From positions 4,384,001 through 4,448,000 of the forward strand of contig OZ241362.1 of the NCBI GenBank assembly GCA_965200315.1: a DNA stretch of 64,000 nt, in the 5' to 3' direction. Source of the DNA: Candidatus Latescibacterota bacterium. GTDB lineage: Bacteria; Latescibacterota; UBA2968; UBA8231. This document shows positions 50,300-58,886 of this stretch, one piece after another. The notes beneath the pieces were generated by a model. That model did not search any database. It was not told the origin of the DNA and was given only the letters and a program-made list of their open reading frames with translations. Position 1 is the stretch's first letter. Every line of letters starts with the position of its first letter. The position numbers were made by a program, and so were the translations under genes.

Positions 50300-52588
50300 A
50301 TGAACCGACTATGGCTTTGTTTGCTGACGCTGGTTTTGCCAGCGAGTTTTGTCCATTCTCAAGAGGTTTTTGAAATAAACACCAAGGCGCAGTGGGAGAC
50401 GTGGACCTACCCGATCGGGGCTGTTGACTTGCGAGAGGATGGATCGATCCGGCCGGTCAAATTCGAGCAGCCCTTCAACGCCGCCCCGAGTTCCCCTCTG
50501 TTCACGCATGAGCTAAAGAAGGTCAAAGAGCAGCGCGGCGGGGTGTGGAAGGCCGGGTCCAACGCGGCTGATGCCCACCTGATCATCGACGACGACACCG
50601 CGACCTATTGGAAGCCCAATCAAGACGACCCGCTCGACACTTGGTGGATCGAAATCGATTTGGGCCGCATGGTGGCCGTCAAGGAAGTTCGCCTGCACTT
50701 CCCCGACGAGGAAGGTGCCCGCCCGCTGCGGGCACTCCGGGTCTTTGGATCCGACGGCAAATTTCAATCCATTACCGATGACGTCTTTCTCTTCAACCTC
50801 ATCGGCGGCACGACCAAGCGCAACGAAGAGACCCTCTTGTCGTATCCAGTGGCCTTTGGCGAAGCAACCAAACGGGTGTTGAGCTTTGGCCAACCTGCCG
50901 AGGGCGCCTCCACAACCTTCGCGCCCACCCAATACATCCGCATCATAGCCGACGTCAAGAGTGAGGACGCGGCCCTTGCCGAGGTCGAAGTCATCTCGTT
51001 TGGACAGAACATCGCCCAAGGGACCGTGGCGCGGGGAGGCATAATCGACGATCAGGGCAAGGAGCGTGCGCCGGCCATGATCGACGGCAATGTCAATACC
51101 TTCTGGGAGGAACTCAACTGGAGTGAGACCGGCCAGTTCATCGCCCAGTGGCGCTGGGATTTGGGTGCTGTCTTTTGGGTCAACCGCGTCATCTTCGTAG
51201 CGTTTCAGGAGACCACCACTTGGGGTCGGCCGCGCATCTTGCGCCACCGGCTGCTGGGGTCGGCCGGCGAGCTCAAGCCCTCCGGCGATATCGATTTCGA
51301 CGTACTTTTCGACTTCCCTGCGCCAGGTGATTGGAACAATCCCGAACCAATCACCTATCTCATGCACCCGTACCGGCCCCTGCGCTATCTCGAAATGATC
51401 TTCGGCGGCAGCAGCAGCGGCGCGATGGCCGAAGCCGTCGTCGTACCCACCGGCTATGTCGCTGAAGTGGAATTGCGCTCGGACTTCCTCAAGGTAGACG
51501 ACAGCCCCAAGGTTTTCCGCACCCTCGAATGGGACGCCGACTTACCCCCGGGAACGCAAATTTTGGCGCAGACGCGCTCGGGTAGCGGTCTCGAAGAGGG
51601 CAATACGTATTACCACCGCAAGGGCCACGAAGTGACCGAGGACGAATACAACGCCTTGAAGAAACGGTGGAAAGGCGACATCGTGCCCTACATTCGGCCG
51701 ACCCAAGATTGGAGCGGCTGGAGCAACACCTACCTGTTCTCCGGTCAAGAGTTTCTCTCGCCCAGCCCGAGGCGCTACGTGCAGTTCAGGGTGTTACTCA
51801 AATCGGATAGCCCAGATGTGGCCCCCACCCTAAAAGGGCTGTGGCTCAACTACACGGATTCGTTCCTCAACGGGGCGCTCGGCCAAGTCACCCCCAACGA
51901 GGCCCAAGTGGGCCAGCCGGAAAACTTTACGTACGTGTTGCAGCCGGACTTCAAATCGGGCGACAAGGGCTTTAACCTCCTGCGGCTAAACACGCCATCG
52001 CAAGCGGCCGTCGAGAGCGTGGTCATCCGCGTTGCCGGTACCGAAGTCGCGCCGGTCTCCCTAGTGCTGTTGCCCGACTCGCTGGTAGTGGAACTGCCGC
52101 AAGTCGTCCGGCGGCAAGAGGTCGAAATTGATCTACAGGTCAACGTATTCTCCAATCCCTACCTCTTTTCTGCCTTTGTCGGCCACACCGACGAGATGGA
52201 GTTCTGGCAGCAGGTTGATCCGGCTGGGCGGGCGGCCACCACGGTATTTCTGCCCGAAGTGCCGGCGTCCGAGAGCCTGCTCGACAAAGTCGCTATTTCG
52301 CCCAAGGTCCTCACGCCCAACGGCGACGGAATCGGCGACCACGCCGAGATTCGCTTTGCGGTATTAAAGACAGACGCCCCGATAGCAGTCGATATCTATG
52401 CGCTCGACGGTCGGCAGGTAGGCTCGTTGGCGGGCGGCCGCAAAAGCGATGGCTTCCTCGTCTATGAGTGGAATGGCGAAGACGACGCAGGCCAGCGCGT
52501 ACCCCCGGGGATTTACGTGTGCCGCATCCAAATCAATGCCCAAGCCGAAGTCCAAAACTTGGCGCAGATCATCAACGTAGCTTACTAG
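50300..52588 (+). CDS. Secreted protein with two discoidin-like modules and FlgD-Ig/T9SS-CTD-like tail (paralog C)
   Basis: ATG after AAAGGAG; IDDDTATYW/WWIEIDLG and IDGNVNTFW/WRWDLG; LTPNGDG; ends NVAY*. Confidence 0.8.
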   Translation: MNRLWLCLLTLVLPASFVHSQEVFEINTKAQWETWTYPIGAVDLREDGSIRPVKFEQPFNAAPSSPLFTHELKKVKEQRGGVWKAGSNAADAHLIIDDDTATYWKPNQDDPLDTWWIEIDLGRMVAVKEVRLHFPDEEGARPLRALRVFGSDGKFQSITDDVFLFNLIGGTTKRNEETLLSYPVAFGEATKRVLSFGQPAEGASTTFAPTQYIRIIADVKSEDAALAEVEVISFGQNIAQGTVARGGIIDDQGKERAPAMIDGNVNTFWEELNWSETGQFIAQWRWDLGAVFWVNRVIFVAFQETTTWGRPRILRHRLLGSAGELKPSGDIDFDVLFDFPAPGDWNNPEPITYLMHPYRPLRYLEMIFGGSSSGAMAEAVVVPTGYVAEVELRSDFLKVDDSPKVFRTLEWDADLPPGTQILAQTRSGSGLEEGNTYYHRKGHEVTEDEYNALKKRWKGDIVPYIRPTQDWSGWSNTYLFSGQEFLSPSPRRYVQFRVLLKSDSPDVAPTLKGLWLNYTDSFLNGALGQVTPNEAQVGQPENFTYVLQPDFKSGDKGFNLLRLNTPSQAAVESVVIRVAGTEVAPVSLVLLPDSLVVELPQVVRRQEVEIDLQVNVFSNPYLFSAFVGHTDEMEFWQQVDPAGRAATTVFLPEVPASESLLDKVAISPKVLTPNGDGIGDHAEIRFAVLKTDAPIAVDIYALDGRQVGSLAGGRKSDGFLVYEWNGEDDAGQRVPPGIYVCRIQINAQAEVQNLAQIINVAY

Positions 52589-52646
52589 CTAAATTGCAGC
52601 TAGCTCCTAGCCCATTCGGCAAAGCCTCTTGAGGGAGGGGTATTTT

Positions 52647-55280
52647 ATGTATTTGTCTCGCATCCGACCGGCATTGTGTGCAGCACTCGCGTTGCTGGCG
52701 CTAGACTGGAGCATCGCTCTAGCTCAGTTGACTACAGGCTATCGGCCCATAGCCGAGCCAGGGATCTACGGGGTGCGTATCCATCCCGGTGCGCTAGCGC
52801 CCAACCGCCGCAAGTTCTACCTTCCGCAAAATCTCTTCTACGAATACGGCTGGCGGGGCTGGGAGTACAGCAACTACGCCCGCGACGAGTACGAGCGCTA
52901 CGTGGACATACAACTAGAGGGAAACCGCCACTACGACGCCTTCGGCAACTACATCGCCCGCGGCTGGACGATTTACGACTGGACCGAGAACAACCCTCTG
53001 CGCCAAGGCAGCGGCATCTTCAAAAGCCCGCGCTACAGTAGTTGGTTCGACCGCGTGGTGATCTCGTCTGCCCACAAGGGCCAGTTTCACACCGCGCTAA
53101 CAGTCGGCGACGCCATTCGCACCACCCTGACCCCACTGACCTTCTCCAAGCCGACCTTTAACGGCATCCAGTGGGACTTCCTCTCCGACAAGTACGCATT
53201 CACGTTCCTCGGCTCGCGCATCAGCTCACCGGCCAACCCGGCCGGAACCCAGTCTGAGGCCGCTGCCCTCGTGGAAAACTCCACCCGCCTACTCGGCGGC
53301 CGGGGCGTGGCCCAAGTGGGCGACTTCGCCAAGGTTGGGGCGACGTGGGTCAGCGCCCACAACGCGCGGAGCACCCTCGACATGGGGGACAATTCGCTCA
53401 AGGGCGTCTTGACCACGCCGCAGAACACGGGCAGCGTCGAGACCGTGACGATCCTCATCTCAGACGATTCGCCTGAGTCGAGCGACAACGGTGCGCTACT
53501 GTTTTTCGACCGAGTGCTGATCGACGGCGAGATTCACCCGGAAATCACCCCCATTGTTCGCGGCGGAATCCGCACCGGTGGCAGCTTAGAGGCGAGGGGT
53601 GTGGACAACATCGAACTGATCTACGACATCCGCAACAGCTTCCGGCCCACCGAAAAGGTGCCGACCTATCAGGAGGCGAGCAAAATCGAGTTTGAGTTGA
53701 TTCTGGCCAACGACTACCGAGTGGCCGTCACGTCCAACGTGCAAACCGACCGCTTGGGCGACCCCGTCTTTTTGCCCGTGGCCCAAGCCGAAGGCGAAAT
53801 ATCCGACGGGTCGAACCAACAGTTTTTGCGCTTTGAGTACGGGTTGCCCACTGGCAGCGATGTAATCGGGGTTGACTTTGAGATTCTGAGCCGCGGCGGC
53901 CTAGACCTGCGCGCCGAGTTCGTGCGCAACCGACGCTTCCGGCGCTTCCCCAACCAAAACCTAGAGCAACATACCCTCGCCGAAGACAAGGGAGAGGCCG
54001 GTTATATCACCGCGTCTTATACCTCCTATCCGTGGTTTGCCTACGGCGAGATGTTCACCATGGACCCCGATTACAGCACGACCGCGTTCATGGCCAACTC
54101 GCTGGGCGGCATCGATTACAGCAGCGAAATTTTTCACCTCTTCGAGTTCGTCGATGACAACGACGACCAAGACCGCTTTGCCGACTGGCAGCGGGCTGGT
54201 CAATTCGGCACCGGAGTAGGTGCTTCAGGCGGCTCGGTGGGTTCCGACTTAGAGGTGTTCCCCGGGCTAGACGAGAACAACGACTTCGTCTCCGACTTCA
54301 ATCAAAACCGCAACTCGCGGCCCGACTACGACGAGCCTTTCTTGCGCTATGAAGTCGATCCTCCGGCCTTCCTCTTCGGCATGGACATGAACAACAACAC
54401 CCTGATCGACCGCTTTGAAGACGACCGTCAGCCCGACTATCCCTATGACCGCGATCACCGTGGCTACAACGCCTACGGCGGTCTGATGTTCAGCGAGGAC
54501 GCACAACTAACCCTTGGCCGATTGAGCGAGCGCCAGCTAAGCTCAGCGCGCAAGAGCAAGGCCAACTACGGCTTGTTCACCGTGCGCTGGAACTTCCCGG
54601 GCCTGCGAATCGCGCTCTTTGAGCACGCGAAACTCGTGTCGGACAACATCCCGGAAGACCGCCTGCGCTGGATAGACCCAACGGGCCGGACGGACTTTAC
54701 CGATCCACTCGACAACCAAAACACTTTCGTCAACAGCATCTACTTGCAGGCAAACTACAACCGCATCCGCAACTTCAGGGCGACTGCCAAGGTCAAACAC
54801 GAGATTTTCAACCAGCGCGATGAGCAGGCCGACAAGCGCGACCGCTCGTTTTTCGGGCTGATTACCAAGGCCGACTACACCATTCCCATTGGCGCGGACC
54901 TGACTGTCTGGCCCAAGTGGAAGAGTACCTTCAGGCGCGAGACTCCCACCGATCCGTCACTGGCCAATATCCGCGAGCTAGAGGAAACCCTGTTCTTGAT
55001 TTCGCGCTATGCGATTCTCGAACAGACTTGGATCGCGCTCGGTCTAGAGTTCAGTTGGTTTGAGAACTTGCACGACCGGCCGGCCGAGCTACAAGTCGGT
55101 TATGTCGAGGATTTTACCAGCCGCGTCTATTCGATTCTGTTCTCCAATACGTCGGCCTATTTGGGCTACCAGCTAACCTTAAATGCGGGCCTTCAGCTAG
55201 AGGAGCAAAACTTCGAGGCCGAGCAGCGCAACACCTCGCTCGGATTCATTCGCGTTTTCGCCAGCACTGGGCAAGAGTAA
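52647..55280 (+). CDS. Large exported protein, probable outer-membrane beta-barrel with Ca-binding loops
   Basis: Signal peptide; DDNDDQDRFAD, DENNDFVSD, DMNNNTLID motifs; alternating amphipathic strands in the C-terminal third. Confidence 0.6.
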   Translation: MYLSRIRPALCAALALLALDWSIALAQLTTGYRPIAEPGIYGVRIHPGALAPNRRKFYLPQNLFYEYGWRGWEYSNYARDEYERYVDIQLEGNRHYDAFGNYIARGWTIYDWTENNPLRQGSGIFKSPRYSSWFDRVVISSAHKGQFHTALTVGDAIRTTLTPLTFSKPTFNGIQWDFLSDKYAFTFLGSRISSPANPAGTQSEAAALVENSTRLLGGRGVAQVGDFAKVGATWVSAHNARSTLDMGDNSLKGVLTTPQNTGSVETVTILISDDSPESSDNGALLFFDRVLIDGEIHPEITPIVRGGIRTGGSLEARGVDNIELIYDIRNSFRPTEKVPTYQEASKIEFELILANDYRVAVTSNVQTDRLGDPVFLPVAQAEGEISDGSNQQFLRFEYGLPTGSDVIGVDFEILSRGGLDLRAEFVRNRRFRRFPNQNLEQHTLAEDKGEAGYITASYTSYPWFAYGEMFTMDPDYSTTAFMANSLGGIDYSSEIFHLFEFVDDNDDQDRFADWQRAGQFGTGVGASGGSVGSDLEVFPGLDENNDFVSDFNQNRNSRPDYDEPFLRYEVDPPAFLFGMDMNNNTLIDRFEDDRQPDYPYDRDHRGYNAYGGLMFSEDAQLTLGRLSERQLSSARKSKANYGLFTVRWNFPGLRIALFEHAKLVSDNIPEDRLRWIDPTGRTDFTDPLDNQNTFVNSIYLQANYNRIRNFRATAKVKHEIFNQRDEQADKRDRSFFGLITKADYTIPIGADLTVWPKWKSTFRRETPTDPSLANIRELEETLFLISRYAILEQTWIALGLEFSWFENLHDRPAELQVGYVEDFTSRVYSILFSNTSAYLGYQLTLNAGLQLEEQNFEAEQRNTSLGFIRVFASTGQE

Positions 55281-55303
55281 GCGGAAACGGCGAAAAATTG
55301 AAC

Positions 55304-55332
55304 TTGCTAAGCACTCTTAAAAGACGTAAAAT
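55304..55332 (+). promoter_or_regulatory. Internal sigma70-like promoter
   Basis: TTGCTA-N17-TAAAAT upstream of 55393 with GGAGG RBS. Confidence 0.55.
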
Positions 55333-55392
55333 TAAAAATTCTTAGAGGATGAATCGTCGATAGCCTCATCACTACTCTCACGGAGGAAATGT

Positions 55393-56319
55393 ATGAAAAA
55401 ATCCTTTTTCTTTATTTTCGTTTGCGCCGCAGCGTTTGCCTTAGTCAGCCCGGCTAACGCGCACGTCGGTGCTGAGTATTTCATCCCGGGCGTACCCAAT
55501 CCCAGTGCCATGACCATCGACGGTCTCGAAGACGATTGGGGCTGGCTGGACGAGGAATTCATCCTCACGACCGAGGGCATGTTCACTGCCGGGGGCGAGA
55601 CCATCGCAAAAGAAGACTACGACGTCAGCATTCTGATGGCGTGGAGCACGCCGCCAGACAACCGCTTCTACTTCTTCATCCGCGTTCAAGACGATACACT
55701 GCGTCTGCTCGAAGAAGACCAGAAGCGCTGGTGGAACGACGACTGCATCCAGATTACCTTCGACCCGGATCACTCGGGTGGCGACTTCTTGGGCGAAAAC
55801 GTCGATCAGGTCCTCAACGCCCAGCGCTATCACCTGCGCATCAAGCCGCTGCCGGGACAGCCCGTGGCGTACAACAGCCTGCTCGAATACATCGACCTAC
55901 CGCCGATTGGCTGGAGTTCCGATATGTTTGAGGGACAGGCCACTGGCGACATTTTCGAGATCGCTTGGACCGTCAATCCGCCGGATGCCGAGCATTTTTC
56001 GACCAACGTCTCGTACACCTTTGAGTTCCGCAACGCCTTTTGGGACATCCACGGTGTAACCCAAGACGAGGCGGTTCGGCACATATTCGAAAATGATCAA
56101 GTGACCCATATCGGCGTACGTCCGCTTGATGGCGATGGCGGCGAGACCGGTGCCAAGCACCAGCTCTATCCGCTGGGCGGCTCCACGGGCCAAGACCAGA
56201 AGGGCGACCAGATGCTCGACTACATCCTGTTGGAGGCCGACGAAGTCGAGGAAGAGACGGCCGTCGAAGCCACAAGTTGGGGTCGAGTCAAGAGCCATTT
56301 GAACAGCCAGCTCGACTAA
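55393..56319 (+). CDS. Secreted acidic CBM9/DOMON-like protein with C-terminal TAVEATSWGRVK motif
   Basis: Signal peptide; TIDGLEDDW, FYFFIRVQDD, DDCIQITFDPDHSGG. Confidence 0.7.
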   Translation: MKKSFFFIFVCAAAFALVSPANAHVGAEYFIPGVPNPSAMTIDGLEDDWGWLDEEFILTTEGMFTAGGETIAKEDYDVSILMAWSTPPDNRFYFFIRVQDDTLRLLEEDQKRWWNDDCIQITFDPDHSGGDFLGENVDQVLNAQRYHLRIKPLPGQPVAYNSLLEYIDLPPIGWSSDMFEGQATGDIFEIAWTVNPPDAEHFSTNVSYTFEFRNAFWDIHGVTQDEAVRHIFENDQVTHIGVRPLDGDGGETGAKHQLYPLGGSTGQDQKGDQMLDYILLEADEVEEETAVEATSWGRVKSHLNSQLD

Positions 56320-56352
56320 GCACGGCTGAATTGTATCAGCGGTCTAGCAAAG

Positions 56353-56387
56353 CGAGGAGGGGCAGCCGCCCCTCCTCGTCTTGTATT
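56353..56387 (+). terminator. Strong hairpin, probable terminator or mRNA stabiliser
   Basis: CGAGGAGGGGC-AGCC-GCCCCTCCTCG followed by TCTTGTATT. Confidence 0.65.
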
Positions 56388-56458
56388 AGGCGCGGGTATC
56401 TCTCTCCGTTGAAGGCGGGGAGCGGATTGAAACAACAAAGAAGCGAGGATAGCCAGCC

Positions 56459-57214
56459 ATGAAGACATTGGGCAGCTTGCTCCTATTGCTAATCGCGCTC
56501 GCCGGATGTGGCTTGAAGTTTGGGTATCGGCATTTTACCGGTCCGGTGGTGCCCACGGAAATCGCGGATGACAACTACTTGGTCGGCGACGATCACAGCA
56601 TCACTTTCGTCAAAGATCGTCTAGAGGTAGCGATGTTGCCCATGTCGACCGAGGCCCTGAACCGGCAATTCTCCGGCGTCTCAGCGGCCCCAGCGGGTTT
56701 TACCCTGCCCAATCCCTACGCCGTGGCGACCAATCCCTACACCTATGGCGATTGGACGCCGCCCGGTGAAGAGCAAGCACCGACGCGGTTTACCGTTTTT
56801 TTAGTCAAGGTCAAAAACTACGCCTATCCCAAAGTTCGCCTAAATCCGGCCAACATCGAATTGATCGCCCCCAACGGGCGTCGCTATGAGGCGCTCACTC
56901 TCCTCGCCCTGACCGAGTACTACTGGCCCTATGCCCAAGCCTATGGCGGCAATGCGCGCAAGGGCTTTAAGGCGCGGCGCGATCTCTTGCAGCGCACTCT
57001 GTTTGCCGACGACATGATCTTCAGCGGCCAAGAGCAAGAAGGGTACTTGGTCTTTCCCCCGCTCGACCGCGACGTCGAAGAATTTACGCTGTGGGTCCGC
57101 GAGATGGTGCTGAGATTCGACTTCCGCGACGCTCCTGTGGAGACCGTCGATATCCCCTACGACTTCCAGCGCGAAGTGTACTACGCCCGCACCCCACGTG
57201 AAAACAAGAGCTAA
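56459..57214 (+). CDS. Hypothetical lipoprotein
   Basis: Lipobox LAGC; beta-rich body (FTVFLVKVKN, GYLVFPPL). Confidence 0.75.
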   Translation: MKTLGSLLLLLIALAGCGLKFGYRHFTGPVVPTEIADDNYLVGDDHSITFVKDRLEVAMLPMSTEALNRQFSGVSAAPAGFTLPNPYAVATNPYTYGDWTPPGEEQAPTRFTVFLVKVKNYAYPKVRLNPANIELIAPNGRRYEALTLLALTEYYWPYAQAYGGNARKGFKARRDLLQRTLFADDMIFSGQEQEGYLVFPPLDRDVEEFTLWVREMVLRFDFRDAPVETVDIPYDFQREVYYARTPRENKS

Positions 57215-57215
57215 A

Positions 57216-58886
57216 ATGGCGGCGCGTACGATCGGTTGTTTGTCTCTGGTCATTATCGCTGCCTGTAGTTCCCCCCAAAGCGACAAAAGCGTCGTAGCCC
57301 GCGTCGGCGAAGTCGCTATTACCTTTGAAGATTTACAGCGCTTCAAAAGCGACATGCCCCCCCTCCTGCTCTCCACGCGGGAGGGCGTCGCTGCATTCAA
57401 AGAATATCTTCAAGCGATGATCGCCATGGAGCTCATGTTGCTAGAGGCGCAAAAGCGGCAAATCGCTAGCGACCCAGATTTTATAGAACAATGGGAACAG
57501 GCGCGCAGAGAAAAGCTCTTCCAAGAATTCGTCAAGCTAGAAATCCAAGACAAAATTGACCTGCCGCAAGAGGAAATAAAGCGGCAGTGGAGTGAGAGCA
57601 AGTGGAATCGGCTACTAAAACTCGCTCGCATCCGCTCGAGTACCGCCGACGAGGCCGCCCAAGTCCTGAGTGCCCTAGAGAGTGGGACCCCGTTTGAGGA
57701 ACTGTCCGGCCAACCCCTGATCCACCACCAGCAAGGGAGTCTGCAAGGGGCGTTGAACTCCTATGTTGGACGAAACAATATCGAAGAGTTCGGGGTCTCT
57801 TTCGATGTGGCGGAGGTACTCTTCGAGCTCGCTAAAGGCGAAATTAGCGAGCCGCTGAAGGTCGAAGCCGGCTACGACATCTATAAGGTGTTGGACGAAC
57901 GTCCCGCGCCAGCCAGCTATTACTTGGTCTTTTCCCAAGGGACACTAATGGCCGCCTTCGGCGAACGTCGGCGAGTGCTCATTGCCGAGCTGATGCGGGA
58001 ATACAATGTCGAACTAGATCCCCGTAGTATCTCCGAGTTAGCCACCCTCGTCGCCCAAGACAATGTGGAGGCTATCGACACGGAGGGCATTGTGGGCCGC
58101 TACAACGGTGGTCAGATAACGCTAGCTGATTTCCTAGCGCTCTACCCGAAAGTGCGTCGGGTCGCCTCAGTGGGCACTGACAGTAGCGGTATCGATGAAT
58201 TCGTTCGGCTCTATCTGGTGCCCGAGATGCTCTTCCCCGTGGCAATCGAACGCCGCGGCTTGGCGCAGGAGCCAGCGATAGCCGACTGGCTGCGGAGCAA
58301 AAAACGGGCGATGCTCATCGAAGAGCTGCGCCGCCGCGACGTGGAAGAGCACGTCGATCTGAGCGAAGATGTGCTTCGACGCTACTACGAGGCCAATCTG
58401 CATCGTTTCATGGAAGATCGAGAAGTGACCGTGCAGGAGATCCTAGTTGCCACCCAAGAAGAGGCCGAGGCGCTAGCGGTACGCATTCGAGCGGGTGAAG
58501 ACATGGCGACGTTAGCTACAAGGCACAGCATCCGCCAAGGCAACGACAAGGGCCGCTTCCACATCCACTCCTTTGAGCGGGTGGTTTTCGGCGAACTGTT
58601 GACAGAGGCCCTAGCCGCAGAGGTTGGTGTGCTCACTGGTCCGGTGGCCATCACTGGGACTCCACACCGCCAAGGTGGTTTCTCGCTGTTTGAGGTGCTG
58701 GAAAAGAGCCCCGAAAAGCCTAAGCCATACGACGGGGTGGTCAAACAAGTCCGCTACTGGTGGACCAAGAGGGAGGAAAATCGCCTCTATAACGAACTGA
58801 TTGACCGCCTGCAAAAAAAGCATGCCGCACAAATCTCCATCTACGAGGATCGCTTGGCGACCATGTATGACACGGCTCAGCTATAG
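57216..58886 (+). CDS. Parvulin-type peptidyl-prolyl isomerase / SurA-PrsA-like lipoprotein chaperone
   Basis: Lipobox IAAC; two rotamase-like repeats (FEELS...GEISEP; QEILV...GEDMATLATRHS). Confidence 0.75.
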   Translation: MAARTIGCLSLVIIAACSSPQSDKSVVARVGEVAITFEDLQRFKSDMPPLLLSTREGVAAFKEYLQAMIAMELMLLEAQKRQIASDPDFIEQWEQARREKLFQEFVKLEIQDKIDLPQEEIKRQWSESKWNRLLKLARIRSSTADEAAQVLSALESGTPFEELSGQPLIHHQQGSLQGALNSYVGRNNIEEFGVSFDVAEVLFELAKGEISEPLKVEAGYDIYKVLDERPAPASYYLVFSQGTLMAAFGERRRVLIAELMREYNVELDPRSISELATLVAQDNVEAIDTEGIVGRYNGGQITLADFLALYPKVRRVASVGTDSSGIDEFVRLYLVPEMLFPVAIERRGLAQEPAIADWLRSKKRAMLIEELRRRDVEEHVDLSEDVLRRYYEANLHRFMEDREVTVQEILVATQEEAEALAVRIRAGEDMATLATRHSIRQGNDKGRFHIHSFERVVFGELLTEALAAEVGVLTGPVAITGTPHRQGGFSLFEVLEKSPEKPKPYDGVVKQVRYWWTKREENRLYNELIDRLQKKHAAQISIYEDRLATMYDTAQL

